Shown here piece by piece: positions 11,448 to 22,570 of a stretch of DNA of 64,000 bases; positions within the stretch are counted from its first letter, which is position 1, and each line of letters begins with the position of its first letter. The DNA is taken from the NCBI RefSeq assembly GCF_057098645.1, contig NZ_CM169472.1. The stretch is one strand, 5' to 3'. Made by a program: the position numbers and the translations under genes. The notes beneath the pieces were generated by a model that made no database searches, was not told the origin of the DNA, and worked only from the letters and a program-made list of their open reading frames with translations.

Positions 11448-11839
11448 AGTAAAACCTGGCATTTTACTCGTCGTCTTTTGGCTTACAGGTGCGGCAGCTG
11501 CGTTCGTTCACCCCTGTCACTTACTGTTGTAAGCTCCCGGTGATTCACTCACTTGCTGCCTTCCTGCAAACCAAAATCCATAGAGTAATTTGTTAATCAT
11601 AGGCCGAAGCCGTTCTAGGTTTGCGTTGCGTTTGAGGAGGTAAATTGACCGCTATCCTGCAGTGATGTTGCCAGAGATACGCGCGCGTAAAGTAAGGTAA
11701 ATAACTGAGTGGTTATTTTAGGGATGTAAGCGGTCAGGAATGGCGGTGAGCGGTTGGGCAAGAATTATTCATCGGGTGGATATGTGATTGAGATCACAAT
11801 AAAAATGCCCCTTCGACGAATACGTGAAGGGGCTGGAGC

Positions 11840-12352
11840 TTAAATCGCAGCTTCCATTTCCAGCATCACCGGATGGAAACGGCGTTTAAAGTAGATAAGT
11901 CCGTGACCTTCTGCACTGAGGATGATGTTTTTAATCTCCACCAGATACACCAGATGTGTGCCAATTGCCTGCACATCGCGGATCTCACCTTCAAGACTGG
12001 CCAGCGAACCTTTTAGCACCGGCTGCGCCAGCGGACCTTTTTGCCAGCATGAGAGGCTAAAACGCTCTTCCATCGCCATGCCTGTCATGCCCGCGAAGTG
12101 GCGTGCCATCAGTTCCTGCTCATGGTTGAGGACGTTGACGCACAACTTGCCGTTGCCCTGAAAAACCGGGTTCATCGCACTGTTGGCGTTAATGCACACC
12201 ATCAGCGATGGTGGTGTATCAGTGACCGAGCAGACGGCCGTTGCCGTAATCCCGCATTGTCCGGCGTCGCCCTCGGTGGTGATAATATTTACCGCTGCCG
12301 ACAGGCTGGCCATCGCGTCACGAAAGCGCAGGCGTTGTTCATCTAATTGCAT
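11840..12352 (-). CDS. hpaC: 4-hydroxyphenylacetate 3-monooxygenase reductase component (flavin reductase)
   Basis: 170-aa ORF MQLDEQRLRFRDAMASLSAAVNIITTEGDAGQCGITATAVCSVTDTPPSLMVCINANSAMNPVF…. Confidence 0.9.
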   Translation of the reverse strand: MQLDEQRLRFRDAMASLSAAVNIITTEGDAGQCGITATAVCSVTDTPPSLMVCINANSAMNPVFQGNGKLCVNVLNHEQELMARHFAGMTGMAMEERFSLSCWQKGPLAQPVLKGSLASLEGEIRDVQAIGTHLVYLVEIKNIILSAEGHGLIYFKRRFHPVMLEMEAAI

Positions 12353-12369
12353 CTTAACCTCCTGCTGCG

Positions 12370-13932
12370 TTATTTCAGCAGCTTATCCAGCATGTTGATA
12401 TCGTCGTTGTTGTGCAGGTGCGGCACAGTCCAGCCGTTCTGGTCGTATTCCGACAGGCAGCGATCAACCATCGCCATCATCTTGTCCATATTGCCGGAGC
12501 TTTGTGCCTGGCGCAGACACTGCAGGCGAATCTCATCCTGGCTACCGGAGTAGTTGATTTCATACAGTTCGTGACGACCACCAAATTCGCTGCCAATAGC
12601 ATCCCACATCAGTTTGAGGATCTTGATGCGCTGGACGTGATCCATACCGTTCGAACCGCGCACATACTTCGCCAGATACTGGTTGATCTGCGGGTTATTC
12701 AGGTCACGGGCACTGGAAGGGAGGTAGATCAGGCCACTGGTAACGTTGCGTTCGATAATGTTTTTGATCTTCGCGTAGGCCATTGGTGCCAGTACGCGAT
12801 AGGTTTGCAGTGCGGCATGATCCGGTAAATAAGCCCCGTTGACCCACGGCGTCGCTTCTGAACACATCGAGTCACTTAATGCCCAGAAGGTGTTGCGCCA
12901 CGCTACCACTTCACCGAGATCGGCCTGCACACCACGGAACTCCAGGGTGCCGGTACATTCGAGTGATTTTTTCAGCAGTGCCGTGATGAAGTCGAGTTTC
13001 ACTGCCAGGCGCACACAGGCTTGCAGCGGATACATACGGGCAAAACCGCCTTCCATCGTCCAGCGACGGCAGCGATCGAAATCGCGGTAGATCAGCACGT
13101 TTTCCCACGGGATCAGTACGTTATCCATCACCAGGATCGCATCGTTCTCATCGAAGCGGCTGGAGAGCGGGTAGTCGTACGGCGAGCCGGTAGCACCCGC
13201 GACCATCTCATAAGAGGCGCGGGAGATTAATTTCACGCCATCGGCATCCATTGGCGCAACGAACATCAGTGCGAAGTCCGGGTTTTCGCCCATCACTTGT
13301 GCCGAGCCGAAGCCAATCATGTTGTAGTGAGTCAGCGCCGAGTTGGTGGCAACCACTTTCGCACCGCTGACGATAATCCCGGCGTCAGTCTCTTTTTCCA
13401 GCTTGATGTAAACGTCTTTCACTTTATCGGTCGGCAAATGACGATCGATCGGTGGGTTAACAATCGCGTGGTTAAAGTAGAGGCCAGTTTCCTGAATACG
13501 GGTATACCAGTTACGGGCGTTCTGCTCGAACTGACCGTAAAAGCCCGGATTCGCGCCCAGTGCGCAACCGAAAGCGGCTTTGTAGTCTGGGGTACGGCCC
13601 ATCCAGCCATAGCTCAGGCGTGACCACTCAGCGATGGCATCGCGTTGCTGGCGCAGGTCGTCGGCACTTTTCGCCACGCGGAAGAATTTATGGGTATAGC
13701 CGCCGCTGCCGGTGTCGGTGCTCCAACACAGAGAGTCCTGCATCTCCGGTTTGTGCAGCGCGTCGTACAGTTGGGCAACAGACGCTGCCGCATTACGAAA
13801 TGCCGGATGAGTGGTGACGTCTTTCACTCGCTCGCCATAGATATAGATCTCGCGACCATCCTGCAGGCTTTTCAGATACTCTTCCCCGGTGAACGGACGT
13901 TGGGTACTGGCGCGGAAATCTTCTGGTTTCAT
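12370..13932 (-). CDS. hpaB: 4-hydroxyphenylacetate 3-monooxygenase oxygenase component
   Basis: 520-aa ORF MKPEDFRASTQRPFTGEEYLKSLQDGREIYIYGERVKDVTTHPAFRNAAAS…. Confidence 0.9.
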   Translation of the reverse strand: MKPEDFRASTQRPFTGEEYLKSLQDGREIYIYGERVKDVTTHPAFRNAAASVAQLYDALHKPEMQDSLCWSTDTGSGGYTHKFFRVAKSADDLRQQRDAIAEWSRLSYGWMGRTPDYKAAFGCALGANPGFYGQFEQNARNWYTRIQETGLYFNHAIVNPPIDRHLPTDKVKDVYIKLEKETDAGIIVSGAKVVATNSALTHYNMIGFGSAQVMGENPDFALMFVAPMDADGVKLISRASYEMVAGATGSPYDYPLSSRFDENDAILVMDNVLIPWENVLIYRDFDRCRRWTMEGGFARMYPLQACVRLAVKLDFITALLKKSLECTGTLEFRGVQADLGEVVAWRNTFWALSDSMCSEATPWVNGAYLPDHAALQTYRVLAPMAYAKIKNIIERNVTSGLIYLPSSARDLNNPQINQYLAKYVRGSNGMDHVQRIKILKLMWDAIGSEFGGRHELYEINYSGSQDEIRLQCLRQAQSSGNMDKMMAMVDRCLSEYDQNGWTVPHLHNNDDINMLDKLLK

Positions 13933-14182
13933 ATCGACCTCTACAGTATTAATCGGAATACAATTGTTAATTTTGTGTGTTGTTTTTGTTATTCAATTAA
14001 AGCTTGCAGGGGCGATTACGGGAAGAGACTTTTGGGACAATGGCTGGTACTTTTCAGGTCGGGTACGGTTTTGTGATCGAGGTCGCTTTTAGCTATTTTT
14101 GACGTTACTAAATCCCCTTGCTCCAGGCGGAGAAAGAGGAATAGCAGGTGATGCCTGGTTTCCCGTTAAGGCTAAGGGATTT

Positions 14183-15073
14183 TCACGTCACAGGTACTTT
14201 TTTGGCACGGTAAGCACTGGGCGAGCAACCGACTAAACGATTAAAAAAGCGCGCAAAATAAGCCGGATCCTTAAAACCGAGTTGCCAGGCAATATTGTTC
14301 ACGGCGTTATCAGAAAACAGCAGCAGCCGCTTGGCTTCTCGCAGCTGCCTGTCGAAAATCAACCGTTTTGGCGGACGGTTGGCAAAGCGGCGGCAGATGT
14401 CCGTGAGGCGTGATTCGGTGATATGCAGTTCGTTAGCGTAATCCGGTACTGTCCAGTGCTGATGAAAATGGCTTTCAATCAGCATATGAAAACGCTGGAA
14501 CAGTTTTAATTCTCCGCGCATTCCGCTGGCGGCATGGTCGTCGAGTTTTGCGTTACGCAGCAGTAGGGTGAACACTGCCTGTGCCAGGAGCGTCAGGGTG
14601 TGTTCCCGTCCAGGCAGTTGTTCCACCGATTCCCGTTCTATCAGTTGCCAATAGTGTTCCAGCGCCGCCAGTTCGTCGGGTTTATCTGCCAGTGACAGGC
14701 AAATCCCCGGCAGGCCGAAGGTTTCCCGAGTGCCTGGATAAAGAACTTCCAGCAGGGGCCAGATCAGATCTTCCCGTACCGTCAACACATGACCGTCGGC
14801 GTCAGACTCCGTAATAAACGCATGAGGTACTGACGGCGGCGTCAGGACAAACAGGGGCGCTTCCACCGAGTAGCGATGATCGTCAAGCTGTAGCTCAATC
14901 TGTCCGCTATTGAGGAAATGCATCTGAAAGTACTGTTCGTGGCGATGTGGCAGCATATGGCGGCCAAAAAATGCCGCCATGCGGGCGAAGGACTGATAAT
15001 GCACATCGTCCGTGCCCAGGCTTTCATCGTACTCTTTGCTGATATCAATATTGGCAATCTGACGGTCACACAT
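14183..15073 (-). CDS. hpaA: AraC-family activator of hpaBC
   Basis: 296-aa ORF with C-terminal AraC-type HTH (…AWQLGFKDPAYFARFFNRLVGCSPSAYR…); position between hpaX and hpaB. Confidence 0.85.
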   Translation of the reverse strand: MCDRQIANIDISKEYDESLGTDDVHYQSFARMAAFFGRHMLPHRHEQYFQMHFLNSGQIELQLDDHRYSVEAPLFVLTPPSVPHAFITESDADGHVLTVREDLIWPLLEVLYPGTRETFGLPGICLSLADKPDELAALEHYWQLIERESVEQLPGREHTLTLLAQAVFTLLLRNAKLDDHAASGMRGELKLFQRFHMLIESHFHQHWTVPDYANELHITESRLTDICRRFANRPPKRLIFDRQLREAKRLLLFSDNAVNNIAWQLGFKDPAYFARFFNRLVGCSPSAYRAKKVPVT

Positions 15074-15082
15074 CGTCGTTCC

Positions 15083-16459
15083 TTACGGGGTCGCTCGCGG
15101 ACGGGAGGACTGCATTGGAATTGCCCAGATAATCCCTGCACCAATCACCAGCAGCGCGGCAACAAACCACAATCCACTGTTAAAGCTGCCGGTCAGATCT
15201 TTCAACCAGCCGATCATAAACGGACTTAATGCTGAACCAATGTTGCCAGTGGCGTTGATCACCGCAATACCGATCGCTCGTGCCCGCAGGCTGATGGACT
15301 GATCCGGTGTTGTCCAGAAAATCGCCATTGCGCTGAATGATCCGGTCGAAGCCATAATAATCCCCAGCATCTGGATCATGTTGTGATCAGTTGCCGAAGC
15401 CAGTAACCAACCAGCGGCAGCGAACAAATAAGGAAGGGCGGTGTGATGCCTTCGTTCCTGGCGGCGATCTGAGTGACGGCTCCAGTAGATCATCCCGAGA
15501 ATGGTACAAATCTGCGGTACGGCGGCCAGCAGGCCGATGGTGATATTACTGCTGCCCTGATTAAAGCTTTGCAGGATCTGCGGTGTCCAGATGCTGATCG
15601 CACTAAGTGTGTTGGTCAGGCAGAAATACGCCAGGGTATACATCATCACCACCGGAGTGAAGATCTCCCGCCACATGCTGCGTTGTTGCATGGCGTGGTG
15701 GCTGATGGCTCCCTCTGGCTGAACCAGCGTCAGACGATCGTTATCCATCATCTCTTGCAGGCATTTTTTGTCTTCTTTCGTCAGCCAGTTAGCTTTGTCC
15801 GGTGAGTCATCAAGCCAGAACCATACCATGACGCCGAGTAATACCGACGGGAAGCCTTCCAGCAAAAACAGCCACTGCCAGCCTTTTAATGCCATTACGC
15901 CATCCAGCGACAAAATGTAGCCGGAAACGATCGATCCCAACGCTGTCGTTACCGGCATTGCCACCATAAACAAGGCGTTGGCACGGGCGCGGAAATAGGC
16001 CGGAAACCAGAAGGTTAAATAGAGCAGAATGCCAGGCAGAAAGCCGGCTTCGGTAATGCCAACCAGTATACGCAGTACGTATAAGCTGGTGGGGCCAGTG
16101 GCAAACATGGTGGCAGTAGAGGCGATGCCCCAAAGCACCATGATGGTGGCGATCCAGCGTCGCGCACCGACAATACTCAGCATAATGTTGCTGGGAATGC
16201 CGAAGATGACATAAGCGGCATAGAACAGGGTGGTAGCGAGGCCAAACATGGTGGCGCTCAGACCGAGGTCGCGTCCCATAGTTAGTCCGGCAAAACCAAT
16301 GTTGATGCGATCAAGGAACGAGAAGATAAACAGCACGAACAGAAAGACGATCAGGCGGCGAAATAGCTTCTTAATAACCGCCTGTTGTCCGGCAGTCAGC
16401 GCTTTATGCTGATTCGCCGGATCGATACTCTCCGGTATGGCAGGTGAGGTGTCGCTCAT
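15083..16459 (-). CDS. hpaX: MFS 4-hydroxyphenylacetate transporter
   Basis: ORF 15083..16519; translation from MSDTSPAIPESIDPANQHKALTAGQQAVIKKLFRRL…; 458 aa, 12-TM MFS. Confidence 0.85.
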   Translation of the reverse strand: MSDTSPAIPESIDPANQHKALTAGQQAVIKKLFRRLIVFLFVLFIFSFLDRINIGFAGLTMGRDLGLSATMFGLATTLFYAAYVIFGIPSNIMLSIVGARRWIATIMVLWGIASTATMFATGPTSLYVLRILVGITEAGFLPGILLYLTFWFPAYFRARANALFMVAMPVTTALGSIVSGYILSLDGVMALKGWQWLFLLEGFPSVLLGVMVWFWLDDSPDKANWLTKEDKKCLQEMMDNDRLTLVQPEGAISHHAMQQRSMWREIFTPVVMMYTLAYFCLTNTLSAISIWTPQILQSFNQGSSNITIGLLAAVPQICTILGMIYWSRHSDRRQERRHHTALPYLFAAAGWLLASATDHNMIQMLGIIMASTGSFSAMAIFWTTPDQSISLRARAIGIAVINATGNIGSALSPFMIGWLKDLTGSFNSGLWFVAALLVIGAGIIWAIPMQSSRPRATP

Positions 16460-16504
16460 TTTTCTTCCTCTAATGGGATTTTTGTAGGGTACGACAAGGT
16501 TTAT

Positions 16505-16632
<128 letters not shown>

Positions 16633-16633
16633 A

Positions 16634-17422
16634 TTAATACACGCCGGGCTTAATCGCTGTAGCCTGCGCGCCAAACCGTGCTGCCAGCGCTTCGGCGGCG
16701 CGGGCGAGCAGGGTGGTGTCAACGCCGACGGCGACAAACAGCGCGCCCAGTTCCAGATAGCGTTTTGCCAGTTGCTCATTGGCGATCAGGATCCCCGGCG
16801 CCTTACCCGCTTCGCGGATCTGCACGATCGCCTGCTCAATCGCGGCCTGCACTTCCGGGTGTTGCGGATTACCGGCGTAACCCATATCGGCGCTCAGATC
16901 CGCTGGGCCGATAAACACGCCGTCGACTCCTTCCACGTCCAGAATCTGCGGTAAGTTCTTCATTGCCTCACGGGTTTCGATCTGCACCAGCACGCACATT
17001 TGATCGTTGGCTTTTTGCAGGTAATCAGGAATGCGATTCCAGCGCGAGGCGCGAGCCAGCGCACTGCCCACACCGCGAATACCGGCGGGGGGATAACGGG
17101 TGGCGCGTACCGCTTCACGGGCTTCGTCGGCGTTTTGTACCATCGGCACCAGTAAGGTTTGTGTGCCGACATCCAGCAGTTGTTTGATTTGCACCGGATC
17201 GTTCCACGACGGACGTACTACCGGCTGGCTGGGGTAGGGCGCAATCGCCTGTAGTTGGGTGAGCACGGTTTGCACGTTATTCGGCGCGTGCTCACCGTCG
17301 ATCAATAACCAGTCGAATCCTGCTCCGGCCAGTAACTCTGCGCTGTAGCTGCTACTCAGCCCCAGCCATAATCCGATCTGCGGGCGGCCTGCTTTCAGCG
17401 CCGCTTTAAAACTGTTTTCCAT
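16634..17422 (-). CDS. hpaI: 2,4-dihydroxyhept-2-ene-1,7-dioate (HpaI) aldolase
   Basis: Translation from [48 protein letters not shown]…; 262 aa. Confidence 0.85.
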   Translation of the reverse strand: MENSFKAALKAGRPQIGLWLGLSSSYSAELLAGAGFDWLLIDGEHAPNNVQTVLTQLQAIAPYPSQPVVRPSWNDPVQIKQLLDVGTQTLLVPMVQNADEAREAVRATRYPPAGIRGVGSALARASRWNRIPDYLQKANDQMCVLVQIETREAMKNLPQILDVEGVDGVFIGPADLSADMGYAGNPQHPEVQAAIEQAIVQIREAGKAPGILIANEQLAKRYLELGALFVAVGVDTTLLARAAEALAARFGAQATAIKPGVY

Positions 17423-17432
17423 CGTTCTCTCC

Positions 17433-18236
17433 TTAAACAAAGCGGCAGCTAATGGAGCCCATGTTGCCGTAATCGACGTGGAAGGTGTCGCCCTTACGCG
17501 CCGGAACCGGGCGGGTAAACGAACCGCCGAGAATGATTTGCCCGGCTTCCAGTTGTACGTCATACGGTGCGAGTTTGTTCGCCAGCCAGGCCACGCCGTT
17601 TGCCGGATGATTCAGCACACCAGCGGCGACGCCGGTTTCTTCAATCACGCCATTGCGATACATCAGGGCGGAGATCCAACGCAGATCCAGCTCGTCAGGT
17701 TTGATCGGACGACCACCGAGGATCACCCCGGCATTGGCGGCGTTATCAGAAATGGTGTCGAACACTTTGCGCGGGCGCTGGGTTTCCGGATCGATGTTGT
17801 GGCAGCGGGCGTCGATCAGCTCCAGCGCCGGGATCACATAGTCCGTGGCGTTGTAAACGTCGAACAGCGTGCAGTTTGGTCCACGCAGCGGTTTTGCCAG
17901 CACGAAAGCCAGCTCCACTTCAATGCGCGGCACGATAAAGCGATCGGTCGGGATATCGCTGCCATCGTGGAAGAACATGTCATCCAGCAGGGCACCGTAA
18001 TCCGGCTCGCTGATTTGTGAGCTGGCCTGCATAGCTTTCGAGGTCAGGCCGATTTTGTGGCCTTTCAGCGTACGGCCTTCGGCGATTTTCAGGCGAACCC
18101 ATTCGCGCTGCACGGCGTAGGCGTCTTCGATGGTGATCTCGGGGTAATCCAGGGAGATCGCGCGGATCTGTTCGCGCTGTTTTTCTGCCTGATCCAGACG
18201 CTGGGCGATCAGGGTGTGGGTGTGTTTATCGAACAT
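17433..18236 (-). CDS. hpaH: 2-oxo-hept-3-ene-1,7-dioate hydratase
   Basis: Translation from [46 protein letters not shown]…; 267 aa. Confidence 0.85.
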   Translation of the reverse strand: MFDKHTHTLIAQRLDQAEKQREQIRAISLDYPEITIEDAYAVQREWVRLKIAEGRTLKGHKIGLTSKAMQASSQISEPDYGALLDDMFFHDGSDIPTDRFIVPRIEVELAFVLAKPLRGPNCTLFDVYNATDYVIPALELIDARCHNIDPETQRPRKVFDTISDNAANAGVILGGRPIKPDELDLRWISALMYRNGVIEETGVAAGVLNHPANGVAWLANKLAPYDVQLEAGQIILGGSFTRPVPARKGDTFHVDYGNMGSISCRFV

Positions 18237-18303
18237 AGCGATATCCTGTGGCATTGCCGGATGCGGCAGCGCCTTATCATCCGGCCTGGAAGCTGGTGCA
18301 AAT

Positions 18304-18684
18304 TTATTTAAACAACGCGTGTACGTTGTTCTGTTTGAAATTCAACGTCGGGTGCAGCTCTGCAATCTCAAATGAAAGCGCCAGGTAACGGCTCTCCATC
18401 AGTGAGGCGAAGTGCGTTTTAATCAGATCAAACAGCATTTCGCCCACTTCCTGACGGCTTTCCAGACTGCGTCCGCTGCCGATTTTTAGCGTCATATGCA
18501 CAAAGGCGTAATCGTGCTTGCCATCAGCCATTTGCCAGGTATCGATCCAGTGCGCCCGGCTACGTATTCCCCCAAGCGGAAAAATCCCCGTTGCCGCCAG
18601 TGCAGTGTTAACACTGGCAAACAGCTCAGGTAAGCGGGCTTCTTCACGAATATTTTCAGTACATTCCACGATAAAGTGCGGCAT
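18304..18684 (-). CDS. hpaF: 5-carboxymethyl-2-hydroxymuconate isomerase
   Basis: 126-aa [49 protein letters not shown]…. Confidence 0.85.
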   Translation of the reverse strand: MPHFIVECTENIREEARLPELFASVNTALAATGIFPLGGIRSRAHWIDTWQMADGKHDYAFVHMTLKIGSGRSLESRQEVGEMLFDLIKTHFASLMESRYLALSFEIAELHPTLNFKQNNVHALFK

Positions 18685-18693
18685 AAAACGTCC

Positions 18694-19545
18694 TTACGCG
18701 GGCAGCGGGAAAACAGCGTTAACCTGACCGGTGCCAGAGCTTGGGAACAGCTCGGTAATAAACTCCACCTTGCCGTCGTATTTATCCCAGCCGAGCATCC
18801 CCAGCAGCATCACCGTGTCGTGCATATTGCCTTCGCCGTAGCAGTAGTCGGCGTACTCCGGCAGCATATTGCAAAACTCTTTGAACTGGCCTTCGCGCCA
18901 CAGCTTCACCACACGCTCGTCCATCTGGCGGTCGAACTCGCGGGTGTAGCTGTTCATCCCTTCTTCCGCACGCTGATCGTCAATAAAGCGGTGCGATAAC
19001 GAACCGCTGGCAAGGACCGCCACGGTGCCGTCGTACTGTTCGATCGCTTTCAGAATCGCTTCGCCCAGCTTGCGGCTGTCGGCAAAATCGTGAACCGTGC
19101 AGAAAGCCGAAATGGAGACCACTTTGAAGTGCTTGTCTTCATTCATGTAGCGCATCGGTACCAGCGTGCCGTACTCCAGTTTCAGGCTGGGAATGTTGTG
19201 CGCTTTCGCCCGCACGCCGAGTTTTATTGCTTCATCGGCAATTAGCTGCCCCAACTCCGGGTTGCCTTCGTAGTTGTAGGTCATGTCGCGAATAAAGTGC
19301 GGCAGCTCGTTGCTGGTGTAGACGCCTTCAAAATGGTCTGCACAGTTGATGTGATAAGCACTGTTGACCAGCCAGTGGGTATCGAAAACGATAATGGTAT
19401 CGACGCCCATTTCCCGGCAACGCTTGCTGATCTCTTTATGTCCGTCGATCGCACCCTGGCGACAACCGTGGTTTTTTCCTGGTAGTTCAGAGAGATACAT
19501 CGACGGTACGTGCGTGATCTTGGCGGCTAACGCTAACTTACCCAT
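18694..19545 (-). CDS. hpaD: 3,4-dihydroxyphenylacetate 2,3-dioxygenase
   Basis: 283-aa ORF MGKLALAAKITHVPSMYLSELPGKNHGCRQGAIDGHKEISKRCREMGVDTIIVFDTHW…. Confidence 0.9.
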   Translation of the reverse strand: MGKLALAAKITHVPSMYLSELPGKNHGCRQGAIDGHKEISKRCREMGVDTIIVFDTHWLVNSAYHINCADHFEGVYTSNELPHFIRDMTYNYEGNPELGQLIADEAIKLGVRAKAHNIPSLKLEYGTLVPMRYMNEDKHFKVVSISAFCTVHDFADSRKLGEAILKAIEQYDGTVAVLASGSLSHRFIDDQRAEEGMNSYTREFDRQMDERVVKLWREGQFKEFCNMLPEYADYCYGEGNMHDTVMLLGMLGWDKYDGKVEFITELFPSSGTGQVNAVFPLPA

Positions 19546-19546
19546 A

Positions 19547-21013
19547 TCAGACTCCCCATTTCGGAATTGGATGGTCGCCCATGGAAATGCAGACGTTCTT
19601 CATTTCCGCGAACACTTCGAAGCTGTACTCACCGCCTTCACGCCCGGTGCCGGAGGCTTTTACGCCGCCAAACGGCTGGCGCAGGTCGCGCACGTTCTGG
19701 GTGTTGACGAACACCATGCCTGCTTCAATGCCACGCGCCAGGCGTAACACTTTGCTGACATCCTGTGTCCAGATGTACGACGCGAGGCCGTACTCCACGT
19801 CGTTTGCCAGGCGTAAGCCTTCGGCTTCATCTTTAAACGGCAGCAGGCAGGCGACCGGCCCGAAAATCTCTTCCTGGGCAACGCGCATACGGTTATCTAC
19901 GTCCGCCAGCACCGTTGGGCGCAGGAAGTTGCCGCCTTTCAGGTGCGCAGGCAGGTCGGACGGTTTATCCGGACCGCCCGCCAGCAGGGTTGCGCCTTCT
20001 TCAATGCCTAGACGGATATAGCCGGAGACTTTTTCCCAGTGCTGCTGGCTGATAAGAGCCCCAACCTGGGTGTTCGGATCGTTCGGATCGCCCACGCGCA
20101 GACGGTTGGCGCGTTCGGCAAAGCGTTTAACGAATTCTGGATAGATGCTCTGTTGAATAAAAATGCGCGAACCGGCGGTGCAGCGTTCGCCGTTGATTGA
20201 GAAGATGGTGAACAGGGCAGCGTCCAGCGCACGTTCAATATCGGCATCTTCAAAAATCAGCACCGGCGATTTACCGCCCAGTTCCATGGAGTATTTTTTC
20301 AGCCCGGCGTTTTTCATGATGTTGCGCCCGGTGGCCGTACCGCCGGTGAACGACACGGCACGTACGTCATGATGACGAACCAGCGCATCCCCTGCGGTTG
20401 CGCCGTAGCCCTGTACCACGTTCAGCACGCCCGCCGGAATACCGGCTTCCAGCGCCAGCTCACCCAGGCGGTCAGCGGTCAGCGGGGAGAGTTCCGACAT
20501 CTTCAGCACCGCGGTATTGCCCAGAGCCAGACACGGCGCGACCTTCCATGTGGCGGTCATAAACGGCACGTTCCACGGCGATACCAGCGCACAAACGCCT
20601 ACCGGTTGCACCAGCGTGTAGTTGAGCATCTTGTCGTCAACCGGATAGGTCTTGCCGTTCATCTGCTGGCAGACTTCCGCGAAAAATTCAAAGTTGTGAG
20701 AAGCGCGTGGGATCAACACATTTTTGGTCTGATGGATCGGCAGGCCCGTGTCCGCGGTTTCCATCGCGGCGATCTCAGGCACGTTCTGGTCGATCAGATC
20801 GCCCAGACGGCGCATCAGGCGCGCACGCTCTTTCATCGGCAGATTGGCCCATTTCGGGAACGCCTCTTTCGCTGCCGCTACCGCCTGATTGATCTCCGCT
20901 TCACCGCCAGAGGCCACATCCGCCAGCACTTCACCCGTTGCCGGATTGGTGGTCTGGAAGTAGTCGTTACCTGCGACATTTTTGCCGTTGATCCAATGAT
21001 TTACTTTTTTCAT
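19547..21013 (-). CDS. hpaE: 5-carboxymethyl-2-hydroxymuconate semialdehyde dehydrogenase
   Basis: 488-aa aldehyde dehydrogenase family ORF (…ELGGKSP…, catalytic Cys context GERCTAG). Confidence 0.9.
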   Translation of the reverse strand: MKKVNHWINGKNVAGNDYFQTTNPATGEVLADVASGGEAEINQAVAAAKEAFPKWANLPMKERARLMRRLGDLIDQNVPEIAAMETADTGLPIHQTKNVLIPRASHNFEFFAEVCQQMNGKTYPVDDKMLNYTLVQPVGVCALVSPWNVPFMTATWKVAPCLALGNTAVLKMSELSPLTADRLGELALEAGIPAGVLNVVQGYGATAGDALVRHHDVRAVSFTGGTATGRNIMKNAGLKKYSMELGGKSPVLIFEDADIERALDAALFTIFSINGERCTAGSRIFIQQSIYPEFVKRFAERANRLRVGDPNDPNTQVGALISQQHWEKVSGYIRLGIEEGATLLAGGPDKPSDLPAHLKGGNFLRPTVLADVDNRMRVAQEEIFGPVACLLPFKDEAEGLRLANDVEYGLASYIWTQDVSKVLRLARGIEAGMVFVNTQNVRDLRQPFGGVKASGTGREGGEYSFEVFAEMKNVCISMGDHPIPKWGV

Positions 21014-22299
21014 TTCGCTGTATCCTCACTCACAATTCGGTTCACCAGGCGGCCCACGCCTTCTACTTCCACCACTACTTCATCGCCAGGCACCACGTCA
21101 GATAAGCCTTTTGGTGTGCCGGTGGCGATCATGTCGCCCGGATTCAGGGTCATAAATTCGCTTAAGTAGGCGATCAGGAAGGGCACGCTGAAGATCAGAT
21201 CGGCGGTGGTGCCTTGCTGGCGTAACTCGCCGTTGACGAAGGTGCGAAGGGTCAGATTATGCGGGTCCGGGATCGCCTCTTTCGGCACGATGGTTGAAAG
21301 CATCGGCGTCAGTCCGTCGCGGCTTTTTACCCGCAGGTTAGGGCGGTAGTAGTTTTCCAGATAGTCGCGAATGGCGTAGTCGTTACACACGGTGTAGCCC
21401 GCGACATAATCCATGGCATCGGCTTCGCTGACGTTACGCGCCTGTTTGCCAATAACTACCACCAGCTCCGCTTCATAGTGCATGTATTCAATATTGTTTG
21501 GACGCACGGAGGTCTGGTTATCGCCAGTGAGGGTATTTGGCGCTTTCAGGAACACCAGCGGTTCTTCCGGTGGCTTAAATTCCAGTTCGCTGGCGTGGTC
21601 GGCGTAGTTCAGGCCGAGGGCAAACAGCGTACCGTGCGGGTGTGGCAGCGTTGGGAAGCTCTTGCGCGTGGTCACTTCACGTTCGTCCACTACCGGATTT
21701 TCCAGCGGCAGGAAACCTTCTGCGAGAACACGCACGCGATCGCCTGGCTGTATTTCCACGCGCGCCTGTGGCGTGCCGAGCAGAATGGCATCGCCTGGGT
21801 TCAGCGTGGCAAATTCGCTCAGGGCGCTCAGCAGCTGTGCGGCGTTACGTTGTAAATCGGCGGTGTTCCAGTGATCGGCAGGACGCCCGTTGATCTCGGT
21901 ATAGATAGTCAGATTATCGACATTGCTGAGAGCCACGGTTTCGCCAATGGGGCAGAATCCATCACGACATTTTGCTTTGATTGCCGGACGGTAAAAGCTC
22001 TCTTCCGGCAGGCTGACGTCGTTAGCCAGCGCATATCCGGCGATGTACTCTGCCGCATCTTCTTCACGTACTTTCGTCGCCGTTTTTCCCACAATCAGCG
22101 CAACTGTCGCACCGCTCAGTACCTTTTCACCCTGTGGAAAGGGAATCGGTTCACCGCAACCAATCACCGTATTGCGCGGTTTAATAAACCAGACCGCAGT
22201 TTTAGGCGGGGCTTTGTAGGGGGATTGCTGGAACGCTTCCTGCCAGGCATAAAGTTGGCTGCGATGGTTCAATGCTACGGCGAAGATAGTGCCTTTCAT
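21010..22299 (-). CDS. hpaG: Bifunctional 5-oxopent-3-ene-1,2,5-tricarboxylate decarboxylase / 2-hydroxyhepta-2,4-diene-1,7-dioate isomerase
   Basis: Translation from MKGTIFAVALNHRSQLYAWQEAFQQSPYKAPPKTAVWFIKPRNTV…; duplicated FAH-fold; 429 aa. Confidence 0.85.
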   Translation of the reverse strand: MKGTIFAVALNHRSQLYAWQEAFQQSPYKAPPKTAVWFIKPRNTVIGCGEPIPFPQGEKVLSGATVALIVGKTATKVREEDAAEYIAGYALANDVSLPEESFYRPAIKAKCRDGFCPIGETVALSNVDNLTIYTEINGRPADHWNTADLQRNAAQLLSALSEFATLNPGDAILLGTPQARVEIQPGDRVRVLAEGFLPLENPVVDEREVTTRKSFPTLPHPHGTLFALGLNYADHASELEFKPPEEPLVFLKAPNTLTGDNQTSVRPNNIEYMHYEAELVVVIGKQARNVSEADAMDYVAGYTVCNDYAIRDYLENYYRPNLRVKSRDGLTPMLSTIVPKEAIPDPHNLTLRTFVNGELRQQGTTADLIFSVPFLIAYLSEFMTLNPGDMIATGTPKGLSDVVPGDEVVVEVEGVGRLVNRIVSEDTAK

Positions 22300-22570
22300 T
22301 ACCACTCCTCGGATTCGATCATCTTGATCATTAATATGTTAATGATTGCTTTTATTCCCGATTGCGTAGTTTGGCAAAAGTAAGTGATATAAATGTGATC
22401 TAATTAACAAACTATTTACATTTAAAGATAATAAAATATTAAATATCAGTAAGTTAATAAAATATCATCAATTTTGATAAAATCAGGAATTGCGAGGACA
22501 GCTCAGTCCCGGTAACGTGACGATTAACTGTTTCTATATTAATGATTTTGAATTTTTCAGGGGAAAGATA

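Noticed and set aside
20369-21169. 266-aa plus-strand ORF
   Set aside because: Antisense to hpaE and the hpaG 3' end; GC-rich codon-mirror artefact.
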